Shown: positions 39,318-49,432 of the stretch, piece by piece | How the letters are laid out: each line of letters begins with the position of its first letter | Numbering within the stretch: the stretch's first letter is position 1 | Source: a virus | Taxonomy: Duplodnaviria; Caudoviricetes | IMG/VR virus record: IMGVR_UViG_3300017989_000087 | Location: 22,829-86,828 of that record | DNA length: 64,000 nucleotides | Direction: 5' to 3' (one strand) | Translations under genes and position numbers: made by a program | Notes under the pieces: model-generated | Database searches by the model: none | Told to the model about the DNA's origin: nothing | Seen by the model: only the letters and a program-made list of their open reading frames with translations

Positions 39318-40232
39318 CTAATACCTCTTTAATGTTGGTATCAATAAATTTCTATAATCAATATCATATTCATCAGATAATATATGACACAATTTAATAA
39401 TATCTTCGTCTTTTAATATTTCCTCTATTGTTTCATTCATAAGAATACTTTTAAATGTGTTATCTTCAAACACAGTTTTGTTATGTTCCACATACTGATG
39501 GAAGAAATCTTTTTGTGTTTTAAACACAGATGGCTGAACACCTTTTACCATGTATCTTGCTCCAACATTACCTCCAATACTGTGATGATAATTGTTTTCC
39601 CAGAACATCTCCATATCAGAAGTTATTGGAAATTTAAAATGATCCAACACTCTGGTGATTTCATGTTTGGGGTTTGTGACAAGTTGTTTGTATTCAACAA
39701 ATTCTCTTGCAAAGAATTTTCTAGATAAATTCAACAATTCATATTGAGTTCTTATAAATTCATCTTTTGCATGTTTATATGCTTCAGTAAAAGTTCTGTG
39801 TTTTTTTGAAGCTCTGTAGAATGAATGTTTTATTATACTTGAAATTTGTCTAACAGGATCTTTGTATAGTGTAACAGGATATATATTATACTTTCTATGA
39901 ACACCATTATTGTACAACTTTGTGAACCACTTATATGATTTTGATGAATCAATAATATAATTTTTTGATTCCAAACCAGATACTATCTTATACCAGTTTT
40001 CAATATCTCTATTGTGACAATTTTTTACCAATTTGCATTGCTTTGTTGTACCGCACACAAGACATTCTCTTGTTCCGTTTATGTCATCTAGATGAACTGC
40101 CTCACCAACCATCAATGTATCTGGATGATTGCCCAACATCAATCCGAACATGGTCGATCCGCAAAAATTATTTCCCATAATCCAAATAACATTAACGTCC
40201 AATGTCATCACCAAGTAATATACTAATGCCAT
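39318..40232 (-). CDS. Sulfotransferase paralog 2
   Basis: GNNFCGSTMF, VGE, IIDSSK, HHSIGGN. Confidence 0.75.
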   Translation of the reverse strand: MALVYYLVMTLDVNVIWIMGNNFCGSTMFGLMLGNHPDTLMVGEAVHLDDINGTRECLVCGTTKQCKLVKNCHNRDIENWYKIVSGLESKNYIIDSSKSYKWFTKLYNNGVHRKYNIYPVTLYKDPVRQISSIIKHSFYRASKKHRTFTEAYKHAKDEFIRTQYELLNLSRKFFAREFVEYKQLVTNPKHEITRVLDHFKFPITSDMEMFWENNYHHSIGGNVGARYMVKGVQPSVFKTQKDFFHQYVEHNKTVFEDNTFKSILMNETIEEILKDEDIIKLCHILSDEYDIDYRNLLIPTLKRY

Positions 40233-41112
40233 GCATGGGTGTATTCCTAAGATGTGCCATATATGTTATTCTAGAATTGTCAACAATGCAAGATGAACTT
40301 CTGTATGTCCCTGTCCTTGGTCCCGAAACAGAAGGAAATGAAACGATACTATCATCTATTATCCAATCATAACCATCATCTGATACTGCCGTGTGTGTGC
40401 TCCAATGTATTATAGGCGAATCAGTTTTAACAAAATGCATCTCATATCTATCACCATTTTTTATAACATCTGGATGTCCAACGTTTTGATCCCACTCAAA
40501 TACCTTAACTGGTGATGACCAGTTAAACAAGTTGCTTGATTCAGTTAACCATATTGATTTATATATTGATGGTATTCCTTCATTGATGTCATATTTTTCT
40601 CTTCTCGCAAACCACATCTTAAATATATCATTATCTCTCACAATCGCTGGTTCCATAGCATTTCCAATAATGGGTTTATTACTTTCCCTACTCCAGTTAA
40701 CACCGTCATCAGATTTGACCATGCATATATGTCCCGATTGACCAAAATTTGATTTGGTATTTGACATTGTATGATCATCAATCGTGGATAAACCAACTCC
40801 TGTATAAAACAGGTATAGTTCTCTATTGTAAAATAGAACGTCAGGATCTGCTAAGTGGTCTTTTTCAAAAATACCGATATCTCTATCTTTTATAGAGACA
40901 ACAGGGTTATCTATGCCCTTGTCTGTGAATGAAAAACCATCATTACTTCTAACCAGACAGGGATTCTCCGCTTCATTTGGAGGATATGGGGTATAGAAAA
41001 GCCAGTATTTGTATCCTTTAAAACCGTTCTTTATGAACAATATATCTGGGTGAGTAACACCAAATCCATCATATTTGGGCAAGTCTAAAGATATTTCCAT
41101 ATAAATCACCAT
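40192..41112 (-). CDS. Five-bladed beta-propeller glycoside hydrolase-like protein (GH32/43/130 clan)
   Basis: THPDI...YWLFYTPYP...ENPCLVRSNDG, ADPDV, EPAIV, HPDV blades. Confidence 0.7.
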   Translation of the reverse strand: MVIYMEISLDLPKYDGFGVTHPDILFIKNGFKGYKYWLFYTPYPPNEAENPCLVRSNDGFSFTDKGIDNPVVSIKDRDIGIFEKDHLADPDVLFYNRELYLFYTGVGLSTIDDHTMSNTKSNFGQSGHICMVKSDDGVNWSRESNKPIIGNAMEPAIVRDNDIFKMWFARREKYDINEGIPSIYKSIWLTESSNLFNWSSPVKVFEWDQNVGHPDVIKNGDRYEMHFVKTDSPIIHWSTHTAVSDDGYDWIIDDSIVSFPSVSGPRTGTYRSSSCIVDNSRITYMAHLRNTPMHGISILLGDDIGR

Positions 41113-41861
41113 GTTTTATATCCAGTTGTGTCTAACATACTACCAAACCCTTGGTAATATGTATTTAAAATTGTTTTCTCTTTTTGTTCAACAAGATCAA
41201 TCAAGACATTGTTGTATAGTTCCTTTGTTCTTGGTCTCTTAACGGAATTAAAATAATATTTTTCCTTTTCAAATCCCTTGTGCTTTTTCTTAACTATTTT
41301 TGTTTCATCAAAAGGAATTCCTTTTGGGTAATCTTTAATTATCTTCTCGTCACCATCTCTCAAATCACCAGATTTCTTTAGAGCAGCAATCAACTCATTG
41401 TCAATGTTTTCCAATCTGCAAACCATATGAGGGATAAAATTGTCTGTCATATCATACAACAGGTGTTTATACCAGCATGTTAATAAACCCTCTTTTCCAG
41501 CAACATATGTTGGATGTGGTTCATACATATCCAAAACAAGAGGTCCGTTGAGCACAAGTTCAAGCCATTCCCTAAAGTTGTTTATGTTCATAGGATCATC
41601 ATATAGACGCTTGTATTTTTTTGGAAAAACAGCTTTTTCAAATCCTGTATCCTGTGGTTCACAACCAAATGCCCACACAGATGCATACCAATCAAACGGA
41701 TTTCTTATAGTTGCAAATATATATCTATCAACCCTATTTAATATTGTGTTGTGTCTTATTCCTATTATCTCTGCATTATATAATATGTCCATTATTCTCC
41801 AGACATATCCACCACCAGTTTTTGGTATGTGAATAAACAAAGAATTATTTGTTGCATACAT
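41106..41861 (-). CDS. Sulfotransferase family 2-like protein
   Basis: FIHIPKTGG, FATIRNPFDWYAS, RLENI. Confidence 0.85.
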   Translation of the reverse strand: MYATNNSLFIHIPKTGGGYVWRIMDILYNAEIIGIRHNTILNRVDRYIFATIRNPFDWYASVWAFGCEPQDTGFEKAVFPKKYKRLYDDPMNINNFREWLELVLNGPLVLDMYEPHPTYVAGKEGLLTCWYKHLLYDMTDNFIPHMVCRLENIDNELIAALKKSGDLRDGDEKIIKDYPKGIPFDETKIVKKKHKGFEKEKYYFNSVKRPRTKELYNNVLIDLVEQKEKTILNTYYQGFGSMLDTTGYKTW

Positions 41862-42350
41862 CTATATACCAATCTCTGATTTCTTGATTTTTATAATTTC
41901 ATCAAACCCTTCTTCTTTTGTGGGTTCTTCATATATAGAGTCAAATTTCTTCCAAACCGATTCCCAACGTTCTTGTTCTGGTATATTGTGAGGGTTGTTC
42001 ATCCTTCTTCCCACAGATTCTTTCATGCTCAACCGTGGAAAAACAAGTGCAGTTTTTTTATAATCATACATATTTCCCAAACTTAATACTCGCTTCCTAT
42101 CGTCTTTTGTTATATATGTATCGTCACACACAAAAGATCTTCCCCTGCTGCACAATAGACTTACCATATCCAAATTAATAATTTTAACTAACGGTTCTAG
42201 AGTTTGTTCAAACAAATACTCATTATTTCCAAACATATATCTTATTGAATCTCTTGATATATAAACATGCGGTGGATAACTGTAGTATCTATTTATGTAT
42301 GTACTTTTTCCACTACCTATATTCCCAATAGCAATAATCATTTCCTTCAT
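41862..42350 (-). CDS. P-loop kinase (AAA_33, polynucleotide kinase-like)
   Basis: GNIGSGKST, ISRDSIR, VCDDT. Confidence 0.75.
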   Translation of the reverse strand: MKEMIIAIGNIGSGKSTYINRYYSYPPHVYISRDSIRYMFGNNEYLFEQTLEPLVKIINLDMVSLLCSRGRSFVCDDTYITKDDRKRVLSLGNMYDYKKTALVFPRLSMKESVGRRMNNPHNIPEQERWESVWKKFDSIYEEPTKEEGFDEIIKIKKSEIGI

Positions 42351-43207
42351 ATTAATCCCATCAATTTGTCATTCCATCTTCTGTTTCTATTTTTAAGAAA
42401 TTCTAATCTGGAATCCATCACAAGTTCAGATGTTCCATCATAACCATCTACATATTTCAATATCTCAGTTACAATCTTATATCCAATTGATACTTCACCA
42501 AACCTTGATAGATGCACCCCATCTCCATAAAGATGAGCACTCATATCATTCTGCATCACATGTTTATAGATATCGTGAACAGGTCCAATTTCTCTCAAAA
42601 CATTGTTATAATCAATTACATCCTTATTAAATCTTTTTCTCTCAAATCCTTTATGATCCTGAAGATCATCATATATTGGTGTGCTTGTGGCGCATATGAC
42701 ATCATCGGCTATATCGTCCAAACTGTTTAGAAGTTCTGTCATATTTTCTCTATATTCATTTATAGGAACACGGTATTTGCCATTAATATATTGCAAATCA
42801 TGCAAACCCGTGTTTATATGTATTATGTCAGGGTCTGCCTTTTCATATAAATCAATACAATCAACCAAATTTCTTGAATGATGTTCACCAATGTTTATTA
42901 TCTTAACACCGAAAACAGTATCACTAATTTCCTTTTGGATATTCTTGACACTTATTATGTTGAACATGTCAACAACAGAATGTATATAACCACCTCTTGG
43001 TGCATCTCCTTTTATGGGATATTTGAATCCGTCTATGAATGATGCATCTTCATAATCAATTTTCCATTCCCATTCAACATTATCTATCTGTGAATCATGT
43101 CTTGGTGTTAAAACAGGATTTGATACATATGCCTTTGGGTATTTAACAGTTGTGTTTCTTCTCCAAGATATTGAATCGCCACTTATCAAAACTTTTATCT
43201 TATTCAT
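42347..43207 (-). CDS. SGNH/GDSL hydrolase-family protein
   Basis: GDSIS, INTGLHDL, TSTP, DGVHLS. Confidence 0.8.
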   Translation of the reverse strand: MNKIKVLISGDSISWRRNTTVKYPKAYVSNPVLTPRHDSQIDNVEWEWKIDYEDASFIDGFKYPIKGDAPRGGYIHSVVDMFNIISVKNIQKEISDTVFGVKIINIGEHHSRNLVDCIDLYEKADPDIIHINTGLHDLQYINGKYRVPINEYRENMTELLNSLDDIADDVICATSTPIYDDLQDHKGFERKRFNKDVIDYNNVLREIGPVHDIYKHVMQNDMSAHLYGDGVHLSRFGEVSIGYKIVTEILKYVDGYDGTSELVMDSRLEFLKNRNRRWNDKLMGLI

Positions 43208-43760
43208 ATTCAGTCACCTTCATTGCCAATGTGTCAACAATAGAATTTGGATTTACCAAAACCCAATTAACTTCATATCCGCTTTCGTGAGCTAGATTTA
43301 TAAATGTTTTTACTATATGACCAACATCAACATTATCAGATTTATAAAAATTATATCTTTTGGCTATTTGTTCATCTGTTATTGTTTGTTTGTTTATCTT
43401 TTTTGAAGATATAGAATTAGTTATTATTATTCCTATATTTTTCAAAATTCTAAAAGCTTCGGGATACATAGAGAATGGCTCAAGATATGGAGGGTTATCC
43501 ATAGACACCAAATTATATGTATTATCTTCAACATTCTTTATCTCTTCAATAGAATCACATATCTTTATATTTGCACACGGGAATCTCCGTTTAAGATCTT
43601 TTTCATATTCATTGTTTATTTCCCATATATCCATTTTATCAACCATTCTATACAAATCAAAAGTTAGCATTCTGCCTCTTCCACCAAATGTTTCCAAAGC
43701 ATAGAAGTGATCTGTTTTTCTTTGTTCAACAATATTTATCATTTCTAAAATTCTTCTCAT
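43200..43760 (-). CDS. SAM-dependent methyltransferase-like protein
   Basis: ALETFGGRG, WEIN, DSI, VSMDNPP. Confidence 0.55.
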   Translation of the reverse strand: MRRILEMINIVEQRKTDHFYALETFGGRGRMLTFDLYRMVDKMDIWEINNEYEKDLKRRFPCANIKICDSIEEIKNVEDNTYNLVSMDNPPYLEPFSMYPEAFRILKNIGIIITNSISSKKINKQTITDEQIAKRYNFYKSDNVDVGHIVKTFINLAHESGYEVNWVLVNPNSIVDTLAMKVTEYE

Positions 43761-43780
43761 ATTATCACCATTTTAAGTAG

Positions 43781-43854
43781 TGGACCGTGGAGGAATTGAA
43801 CCTCCAGCCTTCCGTCTGGATTGACGGACGTTCTACCATTGGAACTAACGGCCC
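43781..43854 (-). tRNA. tRNA-like gene with aberrant 8-nt anticodon loop (possible TCC/Gly-like or pseudo-tRNA)
   Basis: Cloverleaf GGGCCGT/ACGGTCC, GTTC/GAAC, TCCGT/ACGGA, GGAGG-TTCAATT-CCTCC; loop CAATCCAG; no encoded CCA. Confidence 0.8.
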
Positions 43855-43991
43855 TCATATTCTTCTTGTTTTTCATCAATAGATACCTTTTCTTCGTCTT
43901 CGTAGTTGTTAAATTCTTCTCCACAATTTGGACAACTATCAAAAACAATGCTCAATGAATCCTCATTGAATATACATATGGGACAACTCAT
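43845..43991 (-). CDS. Small acidic zinc-finger protein (not in the ORF track)
   Basis: MSCPIC...CPNCG; ATGA-coupled to the upstream gene; its stop lies within the tRNA 5' end. Confidence 0.5.
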   Translation of the reverse strand: MSCPICIFNEDSLSIVFDSCPNCGEEFNNYEDEEKVSIDEKQEEYEGR

Positions 43992-45178
43992 TTTCTTTCC
44001 CTCTTTAGTTTTGCAAAATATTTAGCTGATTCTTTGTTATCCGTTTTCTGAATTTCTAAATTATTGGAATCACCAATCTCATCAAATAATTTTGTTCCCG
44101 GTATTATTGTGGTTCCACCACCACCGCCCATAGGCAGATTATGTCTCTTATAAAAGTTAAATGTTTGTTCAACCTCATCAAGAGTCTCACCGATGCCAAA
44201 CCGCATGGGTTCAGTTCCTATTGGAATACCAACCTTCTTTGCTGCAACTACTGCTTTTTCTATATCGGCAGTTGTTTCACCCTTTCTTATTCTCTTCAAC
44301 ATCCTATCACTAAAACATTCGACACCAAAATCGACACGCTTTAAACCAGAACGCTTTAACAAATCCAATGTTTCATAATCCAAATCTTTGGCAAACAAAT
44401 TTGCTGCATATTTCCTTTTAGGGTAATTGTTTATCTTCCATTCGCAAAAGTCTTTTAACCATTTCTTGTCTGTGGTTAGCTGTGAACACCTTATTGCAAT
44501 ATTTGAAGTTGATTCAAACATCCAACTCAAATCCTGCTTAACAGTATTTATATCTTTGTAATACATCTTATCTCTCGATATAGGGCAAAATATACATCCG
44601 TGAACACATCCTGTTGTTACTGCGCATTCTAAATAATGATAATCATTTATTGTAAACCTATCGAGTGCATTTTGTTTATATGGTTTTTGATGAACAAACG
44701 AATCGTCAGATTGTTTCTCTTTAAATTTGCCATCAATAACGAGATTTTTGCTCATATCTCCTTCAAGCAAATTTAATGTTGTTCTTATTCTGTTATGATA
44801 AATAACAGGAACGTCCAATTTTTTATTTAAATGAAACGCATAGTTCATTGGACCGGGTATGACCACTACATTATTTTTCTTTATCCATTCAACAAATTCT
44901 GGTTGAACTTCATTATAATTTGGATATGAAAATGGGACCAAATACAAATCGGCATCCAAAGAATTTAACTTCTCTTTCCAATCGTTCCAATATAGAAACA
45001 AATCAACTATAGAACTATCTTCAGCCTGTGATGTGCAAGCCCATAACATTTCCGGAAAATGGGCTGCATCATCGGCATCCCAACAGGTTTCGGCAATTTT
45101 AAAATCTCCAATCCTGACACCATCTTTCCTGACATAAGAGCTTATAGCTGGCGGTTGGTCTATACCAATTACTTTCAT
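43988..45178 (-). CDS. Radical SAM protein, B12-binding/methyltransferase-like subclass
   Basis: GCVHGCIFC, LKRSGLKRVDFGVECFSDRMLKRIRKG, FGIGET, PGTKL. Confidence 0.8.
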   Translation of the reverse strand: MKVIGIDQPPAISSYVRKDGVRIGDFKIAETCWDADDAAHFPEMLWACTSQAEDSSIVDLFLYWNDWKEKLNSLDADLYLVPFSYPNYNEVQPEFVEWIKKNNVVVIPGPMNYAFHLNKKLDVPVIYHNRIRTTLNLLEGDMSKNLVIDGKFKEKQSDDSFVHQKPYKQNALDRFTINDYHYLECAVTTGCVHGCIFCPISRDKMYYKDINTVKQDLSWMFESTSNIAIRCSQLTTDKKWLKDFCEWKINNYPKRKYAANLFAKDLDYETLDLLKRSGLKRVDFGVECFSDRMLKRIRKGETTADIEKAVVAAKKVGIPIGTEPMRFGIGETLDEVEQTFNFYKRHNLPMGGGGGTTIIPGTKLFDEIGDSNNLEIQKTDNKESAKYFAKLKRERK

Positions 45179-46059
45179 TATATCAACTCGCTATACCATT
45201 CTATTGAATTGCCAAAGTTAGAAACCATGCCTTCCAATATTTCAGACACTTTTTCATTTTCGAGAATTTCTTCTATTTCTTTATCCGAAAAAATTTCCTT
45301 ATAGAAGTTATCAACCTTCAATTTAGTTGTTAGATTATTCCTTAATATATTTCTTATACCGGGGTTTCCATTTATGAAATGATGATGATCATTATTCCAG
45401 AAATCTTCCATATGTTCTTTATAAGGAAATCCAGAAAGGAACGCAACCTGTCTTAATATTTCATCGGGATACTCAACCAGATCAACATATCTAACCAATG
45501 GAACTGGTTCAATATTAATTGTGAATATCTTGCTTATTCTTCTGTGAAACGTGTCATAAGCTGCGTTCATCGACTCTTTCTTAGATAAATTATTAGTTTG
45601 AACTGTCCAATGTTTGACATAACTTGCAGCATATCTAACAGGATCTTTATACAAGAATATTGGAGTTATATTGTGTTTATCTGGAACACCTTTATTTATC
45701 AAACTCTGATACCAATTTTGCTCTCTTGAAGAGTCAACAATATTATTATAACCAAGAACGTTGTATATGTGATTATAAATATTCTCTCTTTTCATATCTG
45801 GAGAATATAATATACAATCTCCAACCTGTGACTTGCAAGCAAGACATTCGTTGTGCAAAATTTCTTGACCCAACTTGCACGCATCTCCAATAGTAACAGA
45901 ATCTGGATGATTACTCATCATTAATCCAAACATGGATGAACCACAATAGCTTGTCCCAAAAACCCATATGACATTCTTAGGCTCTATATAATTTTCCAAC
46001 ATAATCACCTTCCTTATTCCAGAACTGTGGATGAAAGTTAAATGTGTATACTTTTCCAT
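45178..46059 (-). CDS. Sulfotransferase paralog 3
   Basis: GTSYCGSSMF, IVDSS, YKDPVR, HHFINGNPG; start likely MLENY. Confidence 0.75.
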   Translation of the reverse strand: MEKYTHLTFIHSSGIRKVIMLENYIEPKNVIWVFGTSYCGSSMFGLMMSNHPDSVTIGDACKLGQEILHNECLACKSQVGDCILYSPDMKRENIYNHIYNVLGYNNIVDSSREQNWYQSLINKGVPDKHNITPIFLYKDPVRYAASYVKHWTVQTNNLSKKESMNAAYDTFHRRISKIFTINIEPVPLVRYVDLVEYPDEILRQVAFLSGFPYKEHMEDFWNNDHHHFINGNPGIRNILRNNLTTKLKVDNFYKEIFSDKEIEEILENEKVSEILEGMVSNFGNSIEWYSELI

Positions 46060-46690
46060 CTTTCATTTTATGAATAGTATTTAAAAGTGTTTCGGTTTCA
46101 ACCTCTGGGTTATCCAATTTTTGTGCGTTATCAATGTGTTCGGGAAACCATTCAGGCGTTTTTGCCCAATTAAAAAATACTCTTCTATTAAGACCTCCCT
46201 TTCTGACAGACATGGAATCCGTTACATACAATTCTCTATTTAGAGATTTTGTAAAAGAAGGAAATTCTTTTAAATGAGGAAATATCTTTTTTATTTCTGG
46301 TATCAATTCCTCACAGTAATAATCTGTGCTGCCATGAAATGTGTAACTGTATGTATCAAAATCAAACCCATTTATATATTCTTTGAAAGTTTCTATTGTT
46401 TCATTTGTTCTTTCCGGATGAAAAACACTAAAATGAAGACCCACTTCCCAACCCAAAGAATCAAACTTCTTTACAACATCCTCATCATATTTCCAAGGAA
46501 AAACATATAAAACAGATCTTGCATCATAATCCTTTTCATTCTCAAGCATCCACTTCCCAGATTCTTTTTTCTCATCCAAATCATGTCTAATGAAAACATT
46601 TGGAGAATCTTTCAACAGGTTAAATTTCTTTATTGTACAATAATTAACGCCCCTGTTATTGAATGCTTCGAGAATTTTACGCATGTTCAT
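45977..46690 (-). CDS. Polysaccharide deacetylase-like (NodB-type) protein
   Basis: FIRHDLD, EVGLH, TFHG, FNFHP. Confidence 0.7.
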   Translation of the reverse strand: MNMRKILEAFNNRGVNYCTIKKFNLLKDSPNVFIRHDLDEKKESGKWMLENEKDYDARSVLYVFPWKYDEDVVKKFDSLGWEVGLHFSVFHPERTNETIETFKEYINGFDFDTYSYTFHGSTDYYCEELIPEIKKIFPHLKEFPSFTKSLNRELYVTDSMSVRKGGLNRRVFFNWAKTPEWFPEHIDNAQKLDNPEVETETLLNTIHKMKDGKVYTFNFHPQFWNKEGDYVGKLYRA

Positions 46691-47538
46691 AATATAACCT
46701 CATTCACATATTGTTTACACAATTTAAATCCCATATTATAATGAAATGTTTGTACACCTTCCCTATTTGGTGCATATGCTGCCATTATATAATCAAGTCC
46801 ATTCTCATACGCCACTTTGTAACCATAATAATGCAACAAATTTCCAACACCGTCAGACTTGCATTCATTGGATACAAAATAAGAACTGAATGATCCTATA
46901 TCATAACCAAGAGTAACAAACATATATGCATACATAACACCATCTTTGAATATGCCAATCATCTTGCCTCTATCTTTCCAACAGTCTCTCATAACACTAA
47001 ACTTCTTTATTTCTTGTTCAACGCTTTTTGAATGTTCTGGCATATAATCTGCAGAACTATTTATCCTTGCTATTGCTTCGGCATATTCAACAGGGTCATC
47101 AATGTATTCTTTGTAATATTTTCTTTTTATTGCTTTTCGTATTTCATATCTAGTAGATTTTCCAAGAGAATTTAAATATTTGTTTGGTTCAATAACCTGT
47201 ACTATTGTCCTTGGATTACGTTCTTTCTTATTTGTGGTTGGGATATCTTCATCCAATTCGCAGGATATCCAGTAAAATTTATCAGCATCAATTTCTTCAA
47301 AATTTGGTGATTTGTCTGTATCTGTTACTTTGAGTGGTGAAAGTCTCTGATTCTCCAATCCTATGGCAACACCATTATCTATGTAATATGACCATATATA
47401 GTGACCGTCAAACCACAGATGTCTTCTTGGGTTGCTATAATGATTCCAAGATTTATAATATCCATACATGTAAACATCGGAAACAGGGTATGCATTAGAA
47501 AGTAACTTGTTCCAAGTTTCTTCATCTTTTATTTCCAT
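46687..47538 (-). CDS. GNAT/FemAB-like acyltransferase
   Basis: LGKSTRYEIRKA...AYMFV...GNLLHYYGYKVAYENG. Confidence 0.6.
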   Translation of the reverse strand: MEIKDEETWNKLLSNAYPVSDVYMYGYYKSWNHYSNPRRHLWFDGHYIWSYYIDNGVAIGLENQRLSPLKVTDTDKSPNFEEIDADKFYWISCELDEDIPTTNKKERNPRTIVQVIEPNKYLNSLGKSTRYEIRKAIKRKYYKEYIDDPVEYAEAIARINSSADYMPEHSKSVEQEIKKFSVMRDCWKDRGKMIGIFKDGVMYAYMFVTLGYDIGSFSSYFVSNECKSDGVGNLLHYYGYKVAYENGLDYIMAAYAPNREGVQTFHYNMGFKLCKQYVNEVIL

Positions 47539-47540
47539 AT

Positions 47541-48662
47541 CTATATCCCTTCATACATAGTCGCCAATGAATATAATTTGATTTCATCTGAACGTGGTTG
47601 TTTTGCAGCCCAAGGTTTTGCATTTCTAACAAATGGAACATCTATATAATCATTGTATAATTTAGAGTTTAAAAATTTATTCTTTATATATTTAATCCAA
47701 TTGTTTGTTTTCTGCCAATTGTAAGGAGAACCCCAATAAAACGGCAAATCATCCCCTATCAATTCAAGCATTGTTTTTCTAATTAAATCCTGTTTACTGT
47801 TTGGATGCAATCTTATATATTTCATGGGAACTCTGAATGCGGTTTCAAGATAATCATATCCCAAGAATGGTGCAATTATATCTTTCCAGTTAACAGAAAA
47901 TCTTCCAGTTGAAAAATTGGGATACACCGCATTCTTTATAAAATTTTCGAATCTGTTGTCATCAGTCTTTAACGGTGCTTTCCAAAGCGGATAACCAAAT
48001 AATACACCACCAATTATTCCAGAAACAACAACCCAATCTTTCTCATTATCTATTATTTCGTCCCAAAAAACAACAGACATATCCCAAAAGCTGTTGGCAT
48101 TATATTCAAATTTGCCAAGGTTATAGTATTCAACATTCAACGGTTCATTGATTTTATGAACATGATATTGATCCTTGCTTCTTCCTTGCCTCTTCATAAC
48201 ATCTAAAAATTGTTTTTGTTCTGGTTTAAAACATAAGAATTTTAAATCGCCAATCCAATCCTTTCCCATCTCTTCTTCAAGTTCAAGCAATAGATAAGAT
48301 ATTATTCTGCTATCAGCACCGCCACTATGAAAGACCACATGAGGATAATTACTGTCCCATGAGTCAATCAGATAATCTCTTGTTTTGTTTAAAAGAATGT
48401 TTGCTATATCTTCAACTGAATGGTCTTCAAGCTTTTCCAAATCTGTAATAAGGTGTTTATACTGTGGTATAATCAATTTTCTTATATCATAAATTCCTAT
48501 TTCTTTAAATCCACTATGGCTTGTTGGGTCAATAGTAAGCTGATCCTCTTCCCTACATATTTCTCTGAGAGATATACTTTTCTTCCCAGTTGTTTTTGAA
48601 ACATACATGGCCTCATATGGAAGGGTTAAATCATTCAACAAAATCGCCTGTTTTTTAACCAA
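47541..48662 (-). CDS. Asparagine synthase-like (PP-loop) protein, C-terminal domain only
   Basis: HSGGADSRII, VVSG...GG, APFLGYD, LIRK. Confidence 0.65.
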   Translation of the reverse strand: MVKKQAILLNDLTLPYEAMYVSKTTGKKSISLREICREEDQLTIDPTSHSGFKEIGIYDIRKLIIPQYKHLITDLEKLEDHSVEDIANILLNKTRDYLIDSWDSNYPHVVFHSGGADSRIISYLLLELEEEMGKDWIGDLKFLCFKPEQKQFLDVMKRQGRSKDQYHVHKINEPLNVEYYNLGKFEYNANSFWDMSVVFWDEIIDNEKDWVVVSGIIGGVLFGYPLWKAPLKTDDNRFENFIKNAVYPNFSTGRFSVNWKDIIAPFLGYDYLETAFRVPMKYIRLHPNSKQDLIRKTMLELIGDDLPFYWGSPYNWQKTNNWIKYIKNKFLNSKLYNDYIDVPFVRNAKPWAAKQPRSDEIKLYSLATMYEGI

Positions 48663-49090
48663 TCCTCAAATTCATCTATATTTGCAAATTTGTGGTCTGC
48701 ATATACTCTGATCCAAGGATGGTCCTTGTATATTTCAGATACAACAACAATTGGTTTACCAAGTTGTTTTGCATATCCCATCTCCAACGTGGTTCCAATT
48801 GATGGTTTATTGATAATTGTAAAAAATCCATCACTTTCTTTTACCGATGCAAGATCTCTACTGACTATGTTCTTGCAATTTTCAAGTGGCAATTCCCATC
48901 TTGTTGTATTTCCATTGTCTATATTCTCTATATCATCACGGTCTCTATCATAGAATGGGTTGATTAATTCCACATCATACTTGGATTCCAAATCCAATTC
49001 TATTTCTCTATACTCCTTTCTATGGTTTAGAGAGTGTGCGAAATAGAGTTTAATGTTTTTCTTTTTACATAGGTCACACATTTTCAACAC
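48635..49090 (-). CDS. Nucleoside 2-deoxyribosyltransferase-like protein
   Basis: LYFAH, NPF, RDLASVKESD, SIGTTLEMGYAKQLGKP. Confidence 0.8.
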   Translation of the reverse strand: MLKMCDLCKKKNIKLYFAHSLNHRKEYREIELDLESKYDVELINPFYDRDRDDIENIDNGNTTRWELPLENCKNIVSRDLASVKESDGFFTIINKPSIGTTLEMGYAKQLGKPIVVVSEIYKDHPWIRVYADHKFANIDEFEDWLKNRRFC

Positions 49091-49432
49091 CTAACTACTT
49101 GTTGCCTTAACCAGATATCCTCTGGGATTGCTTATAACTGTTATCCTTTTTGCTATTTTGTTCTTATAAATAAAATGACCATATTGAATATCTACCTTGT
49201 TTCTTATTTCTTTTTTTATTTTTTTAAGAAAATCTTCCTTGGTCAACTCTCTGTGTTTTCCTTCGTCACGGACATAATAAATATAATAATGTTCATTATC
49301 AAGGTCCGGTTCTTTTGTTGTTTTCAATAATTTAAAAGAGAAGTTATCGGTAATGTGAACTCTATCATTCCAATCTAATGAATCCTTTGGTCTATCTGTT
49401 ACATTTTTATCAAATGAATTTTCTTTTTCCAA
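49091..49432 (-). CDS. Hypothetical protein
   Basis: Operonic ORF with GTGA RBS. Confidence 0.45.
   Translation of the reverse strand: MEKENSFDKNVTDRPKDSLDWNDRVHITDNFSFKLLKTTKEPDLDNEHYYIYYVRDEGKHRELTKEDFLKKIKKEIRNKVDIQYGHFIYKNKIAKRITVISNPRGYLVKATSS

Noticed and set aside
39101-39318. Possible second frameshift/intron among small ORF fragments (VCVKC and MKCSVCG)
   Set aside because: No BHB-like fold or paralog alignment supports a join; probably tiny ORFs.
43757-43948. 63-aa ORF in the track
   Set aside because: It overlaps the tRNA cloverleaf, and a better coupled zinc-finger ORF (43845..43991) exists in another frame.
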